A stretch of DNA of 64,000 bases, taken from positions 11,384 through 75,383 of the forward strand of contig CAZOHI010000003.1 in assembly GCA_964579695.1 (NCBI GenBank), in the 5' to 3' direction. The notes below the pieces were generated by a model that worked only from the letters and a program-made list of their open reading frames with translations, ran no database searches and had not been told where the DNA came from. This document shows positions 28,534-38,800 of the stretch, piece after piece; the stretch's first letter is position 1, and each line of letters starts with the position of its first letter. Origin of the DNA: an uncultured Caulobacter sp. Lineage in GTDB: Bacteria > Pseudomonadota > Alphaproteobacteria > Caulobacterales > Caulobacteraceae. Made by a program: the position numbers and the translations under genes.

Positions 28534-31500
28534 GCGAGATCTTCCTTTCCCGCATCGTGATCCACGATTTCCGTACCTTCGGTGACTTCGACATCGAGGT
28601 GCCGGCAACGCCAGGGCTCGTACTCCTCACCGGAACCAATGGCCTCGGCAAAAGCAGCTTCTTCGACGCGATCGAATGGGGTCTCACGAACAAAATCCGC
28701 CGCTTCGAGCCCTATCTTCAAAAGGGCAAGAAGAAGATCGTCGAAAAGGACTATCTTACGCGTCGCGGGGCGGAGCCGGACTCGCACCATGTGTCCCTTA
28801 CCTTCTCCGGGCATGGTCCGATCGAGCGCGGCGCCGGCAGCGGTACGCCGATGGCAGACATCATTGCGCAGCTTGCGCGCCCAGATCGCCGCACGATCAA
28901 CGACCTCGGCACCTATCTCGCCCTCACCCATTTTCTCGGTCAGGCGGCCCAACAGCGGTTCACGAGCCGTGATCCGCGGGACCAATGGCAGGCGCTCAAA
29001 GGGCCGAGCGGCATCGATCGGCTCGAGCGAGTTCGCGCAGGGCTTCGCGGCCGCCCGACGGTGACGGCATTCACCCGGCGCATCGAGCAGCAGCAGGCGA
29101 GCGTAGCGACGCTCGAGCGTCAGATCGCCGATTGGCAGGGGTGGGTGGCGCGACTCGAACGGTTGCGCTCCGCCGCTCGCGCGACCGGCGTTCTGACTAC
29201 CGCTGAGGTCTCGGAACGCATTGACGAGCTCGAAACCGACCTGCTGCAGCTGACATCGGGTCAGCCTCTCGCCATTGTCGGCGAGGATGTTGGACGGCGT
29301 CTCGCAGCGGTCGGCGATCGGATCGGCGATGCGCTGCGGTCGACGGGCGAGCGCAAGACCGCATTGGAGGCCTTGATGGCGCTGGCCGGACAATTTGCGA
29401 TCAGCCAGGCGGACAGCCGCCTCGACACTCCCCATCTCGTCAGATTGCGAAGCGAAGTGAGCGATGCTCACGCGCGGCTCAATCGTGCGTCGCCCCTCGT
29501 GAGTTCGGCGCACGATGCCGTCGCAGCGCAGCAGGCTGCCATTGCCACGATCGATCAGAACATCGCGCTCCTTGAAGCGGGTCTGACCGACCTCGCTCGC
29601 CGAGCGCAGTTGGCCGGACTGATCGCCGCCGACGAGGCGGACCGCAGCACGTTGGTCGAAGCAATAGCCGCCCACCGTGCCGCGCTTGAGACTGCGGACG
29701 GTGCCATCGCAGCGCATGGCGATGCGGCCGCTGAGGTGGCACGCCTGCGGAGCCTTGCCAGTTCCGCTAAGGCACTGGAAGAATCGCTGACCCATCATCT
29801 CGAGCTCGAAGCTCAGGCCGGGGCCGCCACGGCCGCGCTCGCTCAGGGTCGCGAGGTCGCCGAACGAGCAGCAGCGGAACTGGCACCACTCGCAAGCCAA
29901 CTGGCGGACATCGACCGCCGCATCTCGGACGCCGAGCATCAACGCGCGGAAGCCGATCGCCACGCGACAGCCATCAGCGCCGGTCTTTCGCAGCTGGCAA
30001 GCCATCTACACGAAGACGACACTGAGTGCCCGGTGTGCAGCACGTCATTCGAGCCTGGCGTGCTCAAAGCACTCGCCGAGGCCGCGGCTGCAGGCAGCGA
30101 CGCCCGGCTGGCCCAGGCCGATGAGGCCCTCGAGGGACTGAGGACTGCGCGCGTCGATCTGGCTGGCAGAACTGCCAACCTTAGATCGCAAGTCGCGGCG
30201 GTCGAGGAGCTCGAACGAGCGGCCACCGCAGCTACCCGCGCGGCGACCGATGCCCGCGCAGCGATCGCCCGAACGCTGGATGCGAGCGCCGATGGTGATC
30301 TCACAGGCCTCGCGGCAACGCGCAGGCGCGACGCTGACACCGCGCTTGCAAAGGCGGAGGCGACGCTCACTACGCTGGCTGCGAACGCAGCTGCCGCGAC
30401 CGAGCAGCGTTCGTCGGCGGCCAACGACCTTGATGATCTGATCGGACGCGAGAGCCACCTCGGCACGCGTCTGGCGCAGTTTCAGGCTGAGGACACCGCG
30501 TGCGCGGACCGGATCTCTGCTCGCAACTTGTCGAATGCCACGATCACCGACCTCGAGAGCCGGCTAACCTCGGCGCGCGGGCAGAGCGAGGCGGCTCGAG
30601 CCCGCTTGGTGGAACTTACCGATGCGGCGAACGCCGCGGGCGCTGCGGCGCAAAGCGAGCAAGCGGCGGTTGAGGCGGCGCAGCGCGAGCTAGCAGTGGC
30701 GGAACTGAACCGCGCCAATGCGGAGCAGGCGGCGCGTCAGACCCAGCTCCGTTGGACCGAGGCGGGGTTGCCGGACAGCCCGAGCCAGGCGGCCTATGAT
30801 CGGGCTATTGCGGCACTCGACGCGACGCTCGTCGGGTTGCGGTCGATGGCCGAGCGGCAGCTGGTTCTTGCCCGTGATAATGAGGATGCGCTCCTGCAAA
30901 CCGAGATGGACGACATTACTGCATCGATGCATCTTGCCGCTGGCGATGAGGGCATCGGCGATCCGGTCGTCTATCTCGCAACACTAGAGGCGAAGCTCGA
31001 CGCTGCGAAGGCGGCGGTTAAGCTCACTACGGCCACACGTAACGCGGTCAAACGTTATTCGGAAGATCTGCAAGCGCAGGCCGACGACTTTTCCAGCCGC
31101 GTGCTCGATCCGCTCAACACGGTGATCGACGACTTCAACGAGGCGATGCTGAGCACGCCAGGCGAGAGCATTCAGTTTAAGGCCGATACCCGGGTCGACG
31201 CCACGACCTTCGGCATGGCGCTGCGCTATCGCGATAAGGTCGAGGACGCCATCGAGAGCAGGAAGGATTTGCCGCCACAGGTGGTGTTGAGTGAGGGCCA
31301 GCTCGCCGCCAATGGTTTCAGCATCCTTTGTGCAGCCAGCACAGCCTATCCCTGGTCACGCTGGCGCGCGTTGCTGCTCGATGATCCGCTGCAGCACAAT
31401 GACATCATCCACACTGCCGCCTTTGTCGACGTGATGCGCAATATGGTGGAGCTGAACGGCTACCAGCTACTCATGTCGAGTCATGATCGTGGCGAAAGCG

Positions 31501-31664
31501 ACTTTATCGCGCGCAAGTTCGACGCGGCCGGCCTTCCGTGCACCACGGTTCTCCTCACTGCGCCGTCAGATAAGGGTGTTGTTTGGGTGGCGCCCGATCA
31601 TAACCAAGCGGCGGCGCGCGCTTTGCGTGGTGGCAACGGGAGTTCGAGCGCCAGCCACGCATGA
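28530..31664 (+). CDS. lmuB: Rad50/SbcC-like SMC ABC ATPase of Lamassu
   Basis: Walker A GTNGLGKS, long coiled coils, central CPVC zinc hook (about aa 500 of 1044), LSEGQ signature, LLLDDP, SSHD. Confidence 0.88.
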   Translation: MSEIFLSRIVIHDFRTFGDFDIEVPATPGLVLLTGTNGLGKSSFFDAIEWGLTNKIRRFEPYLQKGKKKIVEKDYLTRRGAEPDSHHVSLTFSGHGPIERGAGSGTPMADIIAQLARPDRRTINDLGTYLALTHFLGQAAQQRFTSRDPRDQWQALKGPSGIDRLERVRAGLRGRPTVTAFTRRIEQQQASVATLERQIADWQGWVARLERLRSAARATGVLTTAEVSERIDELETDLLQLTSGQPLAIVGEDVGRRLAAVGDRIGDALRSTGERKTALEALMALAGQFAISQADSRLDTPHLVRLRSEVSDAHARLNRASPLVSSAHDAVAAQQAAIATIDQNIALLEAGLTDLARRAQLAGLIAADEADRSTLVEAIAAHRAALETADGAIAAHGDAAAEVARLRSLASSAKALEESLTHHLELEAQAGAATAALAQGREVAERAAAELAPLASQLADIDRRISDAEHQRAEADRHATAISAGLSQLASHLHEDDTECPVCSTSFEPGVLKALAEAAAAGSDARLAQADEALEGLRTARVDLAGRTANLRSQVAAVEELERAATAATRAATDARAAIARTLDASADGDLTGLAATRRRDADTALAKAEATLTTLAANAAAATEQRSSAANDLDDLIGRESHLGTRLAQFQAEDTACADRISARNLSNATITDLESRLTSARGQSEAARARLVELTDAANAAGAAAQSEQAAVEAAQRELAVAELNRANAEQAARQTQLRWTEAGLPDSPSQAAYDRAIAALDATLVGLRSMAERQLVLARDNEDALLQTEMDDITASMHLAAGDEGIGDPVVYLATLEAKLDAAKAAVKLTTATRNAVKRYSEDLQAQADDFSSRVLDPLNTVIDDFNEAMLSTPGESIQFKADTRVDATTFGMALRYRDKVEDAIESRKDLPPQVVLSEGQLAANGFSILCAASTAYPWSRWRALLLDDPLQHNDIIHTAAFVDVMRNMVELNGYQLLMSSHDRGESDFIARKFDAAGLPCTTVLLTAPSDKGVVWVAPDHNQAAARALRGGNGSSSASHA

Positions 31665-31979
31665 AGACCTAGAGGCACTGCAAACAGTTGACGACAACGC
31701 TCACGGTCTAAGGGCGTCTCGCGAACGCTCGTTTCGAGTCACTGACCCTCGCAGGAGTTCGACCCGCTCAGGATTCAACGCGTCGCCTTGCTGCGGACCT
31801 TCCCAATGTCTCTATTGAGTCAGGTCCGGCCGAAGGTCACGGCAGCGCTGCTTGGAAAGCAGACATTCTGTCTGTAACCGTATGGAGCCTCAGGAATTCG
31901 CCGCTGCACGAGGGCGAGATCGGGTCGGCCCCTTCTGACCGAGACTGACCGGAACGGCCTTCGGACAGCCCCTTTTAGA

Positions 31980-32010
31980 AAGGCGGGCGGCGAGCCTTCG
32001 CCCGCCGCCC
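31980..32010 (-). terminator. Probable intrinsic terminator
   Basis: 8-bp stem GGCGGGCG (31982-89) / CGCCCGCC (31999-32006), followed on the minus strand by TTTCT. Confidence 0.55.
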
Positions 32011-32056
32011 CAGTCGATCCGGTTTCAGAGGGGACCGAAGCCGGAAAGCCTCACTC

Positions 32057-32156
32057 CTACCAGGCGACCCGCACCCCCGCCGTCGCCGTGGTGGCCTGAT
32101 AGTCGTCGCCGAACCGCCCGCCCACGTTGGCGAAGCCGCTGACCGCGCCGCCGCCG
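32057..32156 (-). pseudogene. Last ~33 codons of a second autotransporter gene
   Basis: Reads GGGAVSGFANVGGRFGDDYQATTATAGVRVAW*, paralogous to the end of the 32966-35800 protein (DGALSGFVNVGGKFGDDYQATTASAGVRVAW*). Confidence 0.85.
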
Positions 32157-32213
32157 CTATGCGGCCGCCGCCTCTTCCAGCGTCTCCTCCGGGCGTTGGT
32201 CGTGGATTGTCAC
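32157..32213 (-). pseudogene. First 18 codons of a FecR-like anti-sigma gene
   Basis: GTGA overlap with the sigma stop; reads MTIHDQRPEETLEEAAAA* where FecR proteins continue EEAAAW. Confidence 0.65.
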
Positions 32214-32749
32214 CGCCGGCGCTCCATCTTCACCGCCAGTTGGGCAAGCGCCCGCTTGATCAGCTTCTCGACGCCGTTCACGGAAATTCCCATGCGTTTG
32301 GCGATCACCGGATAGGTCATTTCCTCGAACCTATGGAAGATGACAGCGTCGCGCGTTCGGGGCGGAAGGCTGTGCAGGGCCGCACTGAGCTGGTTGACGA
32401 GTTGCTTGGCGATAAGGGCGCGCTCGGGCGATATCTCATCGGCGATCTCGAATGCGCCCTCGATCTGCTCCGTCTCTCCGAACCCCGTACGAACACCGAG
32501 CCGGTGCCGATCGATCAACACGTTCCGCGCGATCCGGAACAGATAGCGTTCCACATTATCGACTTCGCTGTCCGTGGCCCTGGCCTGGAGGTGAAGGAAG
32601 ACCTCCTGGACGAGATCCTCGGCCTCCGTCGCCCCCACGCGCTTGGTGAAGAAGCGCCGCAACGCCAAGCCGTACTCGGCCATCCACGCGCCGACATCCT
32701 GGGCGGACGCGACGGGACCGGGGGTCGATGGCTCGGGCGGCAGCGCCAT
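32210..32749 (-). CDS. ECF sigma-70 factor (FecI-like)
   Basis: AEDLVQEVFLHL, YLFRIARNVLID, LPPRTRDAV, MTYPVIAKRMGISVNGVEKLI. Confidence 0.92.
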   Translation of the reverse strand: MALPPEPSTPGPVASAQDVGAWMAEYGLALRRFFTKRVGATEAEDLVQEVFLHLQARATDSEVDNVERYLFRIARNVLIDRHRLGVRTGFGETEQIEGAFEIADEISPERALIAKQLVNQLSAALHSLPPRTRDAVIFHRFEEMTYPVIAKRMGISVNGVEKLIKRALAQLAVKMERRR

Positions 32750-32891
32750 CCGGGCGCTCTCCTGGTGGTCGAAAATGATGGACGGAACGTGCGCGGCGAA
32801 ACTCTCTCACTATGACAGACGAAATCCTCGCCCGGCGCCGTACCTTGCCGCGAGAAAAAAGTTGGCCCGATGGAGTTGGCCGGACGAAAGA

Positions 32892-32919
32892 GGGGCGGCA
32901 AGCTCTCGCTCGCCGCCCC
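32892..32919 (-). terminator. Probable intrinsic terminator after the autotransporter
   Basis: 8-bp stem GGGGCGGC / GCCGCCCC followed on the minus strand by TCTTTC. Confidence 0.55.
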
Positions 32920-32965
32920 AGTCGATCCGGGTTCAGAGGGGACCGAAGCCGGAGAATGCGGCGCC

Positions 32966-35800
32966 CTACCAGGCCACACGGACCCCTGCCGAGGCGGTGG
33001 TGGCCTGGTAGTCGTCGCCGAACTTGCCGCCTACGTTCACGAACCCGCTAAGCGCGCCGTCCAGCGCGTGGACGCTGGCGCCTATCCCCAGCTCGCCGGA
33101 GGAACCGGTCAGTTCATTGAGCAAGACAGCATCGTCGCCCGCGTTGTAGGCCACCATACGCGCCTCATCCTCGAACTCGTTCCAGACGCGGCCGGTCAGC
33201 GAATACTGCGCCCGCACACCGCCATAATCCTGGCCGAGCCCGAACCGCGCCCCAACCCCGGCCCGCAGCGATGCAGGATCATCGAACGCCAGGGTCACGC
33301 CTTGGCGCAGTGGATCGTCGGCCGCGATGTTCAGGTCGTCGTACTTGGTGCGGACATAACTAAACCCGGCCAGCGGCTCGACGAAGGCGTTGGAGGTAAG
33401 CGGGAGCCGCCAGCCCGCCTCGACCTGACCGCCGACCGAGATCAGGTTGGTGGCGACCAGCGTCCCGAGCGGCTTAAGGTTCAGGGCCGGGACATCGCCC
33501 TCCAGTTCCAGCCGGTTGGCGGTCATCGTCGCGTCAACGTACAGCCCGCCGGAGACGAAGCTGGCGTAGCCGCCGCCGGTCCAGCCGTCGAGCCGCATGG
33601 CGTTCGGCGAGGTGTCGAACGCCATGTCGGCGTGGGCATAGCCCGCGGTCAGGCCCAGCACCCAGGCGCTGTCGCCCGCGCCGCCGGACACGACGTCGAC
33701 GCCGCCGGTGACGGCATAGCTGTTCACCGTGTTGGTGTTGTCGAAGGTGAAGGGGTTGCCCACCACATCGACGGTCTGACTGACATCGCTGTCGGCGAAC
33801 TCGGTGGCCACGCGCATCCACACACCGCCGCCGAAGCCTTCATCCAGGCCGCCGCGCATGTCGGCCTGCCGGTCGAGCCAGGTTCCGGTCGACAGGCGCC
33901 ACAGCTGGTGGGCGGCCTGGGCGACCAGCGGGAACTGCAAGGCATCCTGGCCGAGGGTGGCGACCAGCTTATGCTGCTCCGTTCCGGCGTCGTAGACGAG
34001 CGGGTAGATGAAGAAGCCCTTGTCGATGAAGCCGCCGTTGCCCGGATTGTAGCCGGCCGAGCCCTCGTCGAGGATGAAGTGACCCGCCGCGCTGACGCTA
34101 CCTGCCGTGTCGATCACCACGATGTGGCTACCATAACGGCCACGATCGCCGGCCACCTGTTCCTTGACGCGCAGGCGTGTGACGCCGGCGGTGGCGCCGT
34201 TCTCGATACGCAGGCAGTCTCCTCCGGGCAGATCGTCGCTGACGGGACTGCGCAGCGCGGCGTCGCAGGCTCGCTGGTCGCCGTTCAGATTGACGTCCAT
34301 CAGGATGAGGCTTCCATCCAAGCCGGTGAATGTCCCGCCCACGATGTGCAGCAGATCGTCAGGGTAGCTGTCGCTGCCCAAATCCTGCAGCCGGGCAAAT
34401 CCGCCCATGTATATGGTTCCCGCATTGTCGAACCTTTCCAGACCGGTGATGCGGTAAGAACCAGATCTTGATGCGATACTCGAGTTCATCTGAAAGTTGT
34501 CGTCAGCGCCGACAATGAGAACACCCGCGTTGGAGTATATGTCGTCGCCCGTACCGAACGCCAGCGTGCCGGACCCGAAAACCGAGGCCCCCGTCTCTAC
34601 GATCAGCAGGTCATTCGCCGAACCGAAGGACGATCCGTTGTGCCACCAACGCGCCCCGGAGGCGAGGTTCATGTCCACTATTCCGCTCGCCGCGGCAAAG
34701 TCGGCCGAGCCCCACACCAAGCCCGTCACGTTGATGTCGAACGCTCCCCCGCCGCTGCCCCGGAACAGCTTGCTCGCCGTGTTGACGTCGAATGTACCCA
34801 GGTTAACCTGCGTCAACGTGCCGGCGGAAGTCGTCATATCGACAGCGGCATTGCCCGTTCCGGGCACGAAAAGACGAGACAAATTCAGGACGGCGTCCCC
34901 CATAGTCTCTATCCGCACAGCGCTTGAGTTCCGCGAGCCGATGTTGCCGAGTTGCCCTCCCGCGTCGATCCGCAGCATCCCAGTGCCGGTCTTGGCGAAA
35001 ATGCTCGCGGAGGTCGGATCGCCGTTGTTGATGTTCTCGGTCACGGCGTTGCCGCCCGCCATGTTGATAGTCAGCTCGCCCGTCCCACTGGCCTCCGCGC
35101 GAATGGCGTAGAGACGGCCCGAAATCTGGCCGTCGGTCACCGTCACCGATACGTCGCCGTTGCCGCCGACGCTGCGCGCCTCCAGGCCCGCCTGCGAGAT
35201 GGCGTTGCTGGAGCAGCAGTTGTTGGTGTCGATCAACCCGCTGGCGGTGACGCTCACGTCGCCGCCGTTGTTGGACCGCGCGAGGACGCCGTGCGTCGTC
35301 GTCGAACTGGCGGCCGAGGTTCCCCCTACCACTCGGCCGAGCAGGAGGTTGATATTGCCGGTCTCGGTCTGGGCGTCGATCAGCGCACCGTTGGTGGCGG
35401 CGCCCCCGGTCACGGTTCCCGCCCTGGAATCCCAAAGGATGTCGCTGCCTCCGGCTCCCCGCAGATTGATCCCGTTGACCAGCGGGTCGCCCGGGACGCC
35501 GCCGCTCGTGCCCACGGTGATGGCGCCCGACGTGGACACCACGGCACCGTCGCCGGAGTAGTTGCAGAGTATCCCGGGGTTGTAGGTCCCCGCTCCGTAA
35601 ACCACGGTCCCGGTGCCGTTGCCGCTCGTCGGCGCGGGCGCGCAGGAGGCCGTCTGGGCGGCCGCGAGCGTCGGCGCCATGACGGCGCCCGCCGAGATGA
35701 CGGCCGACAGGCCACCTGCGATCAGCGAGGAGCCGGCCAGCAGGCCGAGACGGCGCGTCAGAGACATCATCTTTCCCCCGGAAGTCTTGCGATTGTTCAT
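32966..35800 (-). CDS. Autotransporter (type Va) outer-membrane protein
   Basis: Long signal peptide, G/N/T-rich beta-helix-like passenger, C-terminal beta-barrel ending VRVAW; start reassigned to ATG 35800 after a G-rich RBS. Confidence 0.88.
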   Translation of the reverse strand: MNNRKTSGGKMMSLTRRLGLLAGSSLIAGGLSAVISAGAVMAPTLAAAQTASCAPAPTSGNGTGTVVYGAGTYNPGILCNYSGDGAVVSTSGAITVGTSGGVPGDPLVNGINLRGAGGSDILWDSRAGTVTGGAATNGALIDAQTETGNINLLLGRVVGGTSAASSTTTHGVLARSNNGGDVSVTASGLIDTNNCCSSNAISQAGLEARSVGGNGDVSVTVTDGQISGRLYAIRAEASGTGELTINMAGGNAVTENINNGDPTSASIFAKTGTGMLRIDAGGQLGNIGSRNSSAVRIETMGDAVLNLSRLFVPGTGNAAVDMTTSAGTLTQVNLGTFDVNTASKLFRGSGGGAFDINVTGLVWGSADFAAASGIVDMNLASGARWWHNGSSFGSANDLLIVETGASVFGSGTLAFGTGDDIYSNAGVLIVGADDNFQMNSSIASRSGSYRITGLERFDNAGTIYMGGFARLQDLGSDSYPDDLLHIVGGTFTGLDGSLILMDVNLNGDQRACDAALRSPVSDDLPGGDCLRIENGATAGVTRLRVKEQVAGDRGRYGSHIVVIDTAGSVSAAGHFILDEGSAGYNPGNGGFIDKGFFIYPLVYDAGTEQHKLVATLGQDALQFPLVAQAAHQLWRLSTGTWLDRQADMRGGLDEGFGGGVWMRVATEFADSDVSQTVDVVGNPFTFDNTNTVNSYAVTGGVDVVSGGAGDSAWVLGLTAGYAHADMAFDTSPNAMRLDGWTGGGYASFVSGGLYVDATMTANRLELEGDVPALNLKPLGTLVATNLISVGGQVEAGWRLPLTSNAFVEPLAGFSYVRTKYDDLNIAADDPLRQGVTLAFDDPASLRAGVGARFGLGQDYGGVRAQYSLTGRVWNEFEDEARMVAYNAGDDAVLLNELTGSSGELGIGASVHALDGALSGFVNVGGKFGDDYQATTASAGVRVAW

Positions 35801-35811
35801 GTGCCCCCCCC

Positions 35812-38800
35812 TCAGAACGACTTGCGGATGGAGACGCCGACGAGACGCGGGTCGAGCGTGAAGACGTTGGTCGTCAGGCCGCTGTCGTCGGAGTTCAGGA
35901 AGGCGTCGGTGATCGGCGTCTCGTCGAAGACGTTCTTGACGTAGACCTCGGCGGTGACGCCCCAATCCGGATTTTCCACCCACAGGCTGAGGTTGGTGTT
36001 CGTCCAGGAGCGAAGTTTGTCGTACTGAGTGTTGTAGACGCGAGCGAACGACTGCGACTGCCAGTAGAAGTCGCCGCGCAGCGTCGCGTCCCAGCCTCCC
36101 GGCAACGCCATGCGGTACTGGGCGCCGAGCGAAGCTGTCCAGTGGGGCGCGTTCGGCAGCTCATGGCCGGAAAGGTCGGTGAAAAAGCCTGCGCTGCCGT
36201 TGGGCGCATCGACGATCGGATTGTAGTTACCCACGCCGGGGATGGAGAAGCCAGGAGAGTCCGCCGTCAAGGTCGTGCCCAGAGGGGTGCTGAGGCACCA
36301 GTACTGCTGACCGAAGCTTCCCGCCAGAAGCACGGCCTCCAGCACCCTTTCGGGCACGACGCAGTTCGACGAATTGGTGATCCACGGCTTGTAGATGATC
36401 CAGCGCTCGTAGGTGATCCCGCTCTTGCCGGTGAAGACGCCCTTGCCGTCCAGCGTGCGGTTCATCAGATCGATGGACTGCTCGCCGTCGGAGATTTCGG
36501 TGCGCAGGGCGCCGAAAGTTCCGTTGAAGCGCAGGTTGCGGCTGGGCGAGAAGATCCACTCCAGTTCCGCACCCCAGACGGTTGCGTCGAAGTTCTCGTT
36601 CGAGGCCGAGCGGTCGACGATCTTGGAGACCTGGTAGCCGTCATAGTCGTAGTAGAAGGCCGAACCGTTGAGGATCAGCGCACCGCCCAGCAGGGTGTTC
36701 TTGGTCCCCACTTCGTAGGCATTGATGAACTCCGGCTCGAACGTGGGCGGCGACACGACGCCCGAGTTCGTTTCATTGTAGCGCCCGGCGGGCTGGGCGA
36801 TGTTGGGCGGGTTGGCTCCACCGCCCTTGTAGCCATGGCTGATCGAGCCGTAGACCATCGTCTCGTCGGTGAAGGCGAGGTCCGGCTTCCAGTCGACGAT
36901 GATGCGGCCGGTCGGCTCGCGCCAGTCCTGGCGGATGTCGGGGCTTGGCACTGATCCCCGCGCGCCCAGGCCATCATCGCGGCCGGTGCCCGCCAGAGGA
37001 CAGATTTCGCCATTGGTGCAAGCTTCCGGCCCGGCGCCGGGCTGGATCTGGCGCCGGTAATCGGTCAACAGGAGCTGGCTGGGGATGGGCGTGAAGACCT
37101 TGCGGTCCCAGGTCATCCGCGCGCCCGCGGTCACCTTCACCGTGTCGGTCGCCTGCCAGTAGATCTCGCCGAACAGGGCCGACGAGGTCAGCTTGTAGGG
37201 ATTGGCGCTGCGGAAGTAATTGTGTCCCGTACCGTCGATCGACTCCAGCGGATTGGGGTCCACATAGACGCAAGGTCCATAGGGCTCGAACGCGGCCTTA
37301 TCCAGCGTATGGAAATAGCACCAGGGATGACCGTTCGACCCCTGGCCGATGTCCGGATTGTTGAACGGGAAGAAGTGCGTCGCCAAGCTCAGCGCGTTGA
37401 TGAAGACATAGTAGTCGTTCATCGTCTCGAAATGCGTGAAGTTGGCGCCCAGGCTGAAGTTCCATGGGGCGTCGAAGTTGGACGCCAGGCGGATTTCCTG
37501 GTTGAACTGCTCGCTCTCGACCTCGCTCAGGTCCTGCGCCACGAGCGTGCGCGAGGGTCCGAGCTGCGGATCGACGAATACTCCGTCGCGAAGAAGCTCC
37601 GCGTAGTATCCTCCACCGAAGCCGCCCCGGTCGGCGCATCCGTCGATGCTACCCGGAAAGAAGGGGATGGGGCCATAGGACTGGATCGGGTTGTCGGGGA
37701 TGGTGGAGTTGCAGGCCCGCGTTCCGTCGCTCCAGATCGGTAAGGTCGTGAAGCGGTTATAGTCCTGAGTCGCATAGTATTCGTCCGTGACGTAAACCGT
37801 CTGGGAGGTGAAAGTCAGGCTATCGGTGATATCGACATCGACGCTCAGCTCGAAGACGTCCGCTTTGGCGCGATAGATCGGTTCGAGCAGGGAGTGGATG
37901 GTTCTCAAATCGCGCGACTGCATCCGCCCGCCGTAGGGATCGGGCTGGCAGTAGTCCGACGGGCCGAGCCACGGCATCACAACTTCCAGATTGCACCTCG
38001 GAACCTCCGGTGCGGGGCCAGCGACTGCGGGGTCGTCCCAGGCCGGGTTCAGGCCGATCCCCAGACGCCCGCCGCCAATGAGCGGAGCCGCGAACAGCGC
38101 GGAAATGAAGGGCAGCGAGGCGCCGTTCGGCGTGCCGTAAGCGGCGTCCTCGTAGAGGGAGCCCGCCTGGCAGGATTGAGACGTGTAGTACTTCATAATT
38201 GCGGCCTGGGCCGCCGCAAACCCGGTCGTCGGTGTCATGGTGTCCCAGTCGAAGGCGCCGATCGGCCCGAAGTCGTCGCGGTGGCAGAGTTGCTTGGAGG
38301 TGCGGACGCGGTTGTCGTCTTCCTCGAAGCGCTCCCACAGTGCGTTGACGCGGACGGCATCGACGGGCTCCCAGCCCACCGTCAGGCGGGCCGACCACAG
38401 GTCGCGGCCGTCAACGTCGCGGCTGACGCCGTTGAAGTCGTCCGGCCCGCCAGCCGCCTCGTTGGTCCCGTATCCGTCCCGCTTGGTCAGCGCGCCCGCC
38501 GCCCGGATCGCCAGGGTGTCGCCGATAGGGATGTTGACCATGCCCCGAGCCCGCCGGGCGTTATAGTTTCCGCCCTCTAGCTTGATATTGCCTTCGAATT
38601 CTCTCAGGCGCGGGCGAGCGGAAAGGACGTTGATGACGCCGCTGGTAGCGTTGCGACCATAGAGGGTGCCCTGTGGCCCCCGCAGCACCTCGACCCGCTC
38701 GACGTCGAAGTATTCCTGCTCGAACAGCCGGTTGACGATCAGCGTGGTATTGTTGAACGACACCGCCACGCCTGGGTCGGTGGTCGCCGAGACGGCCTTC

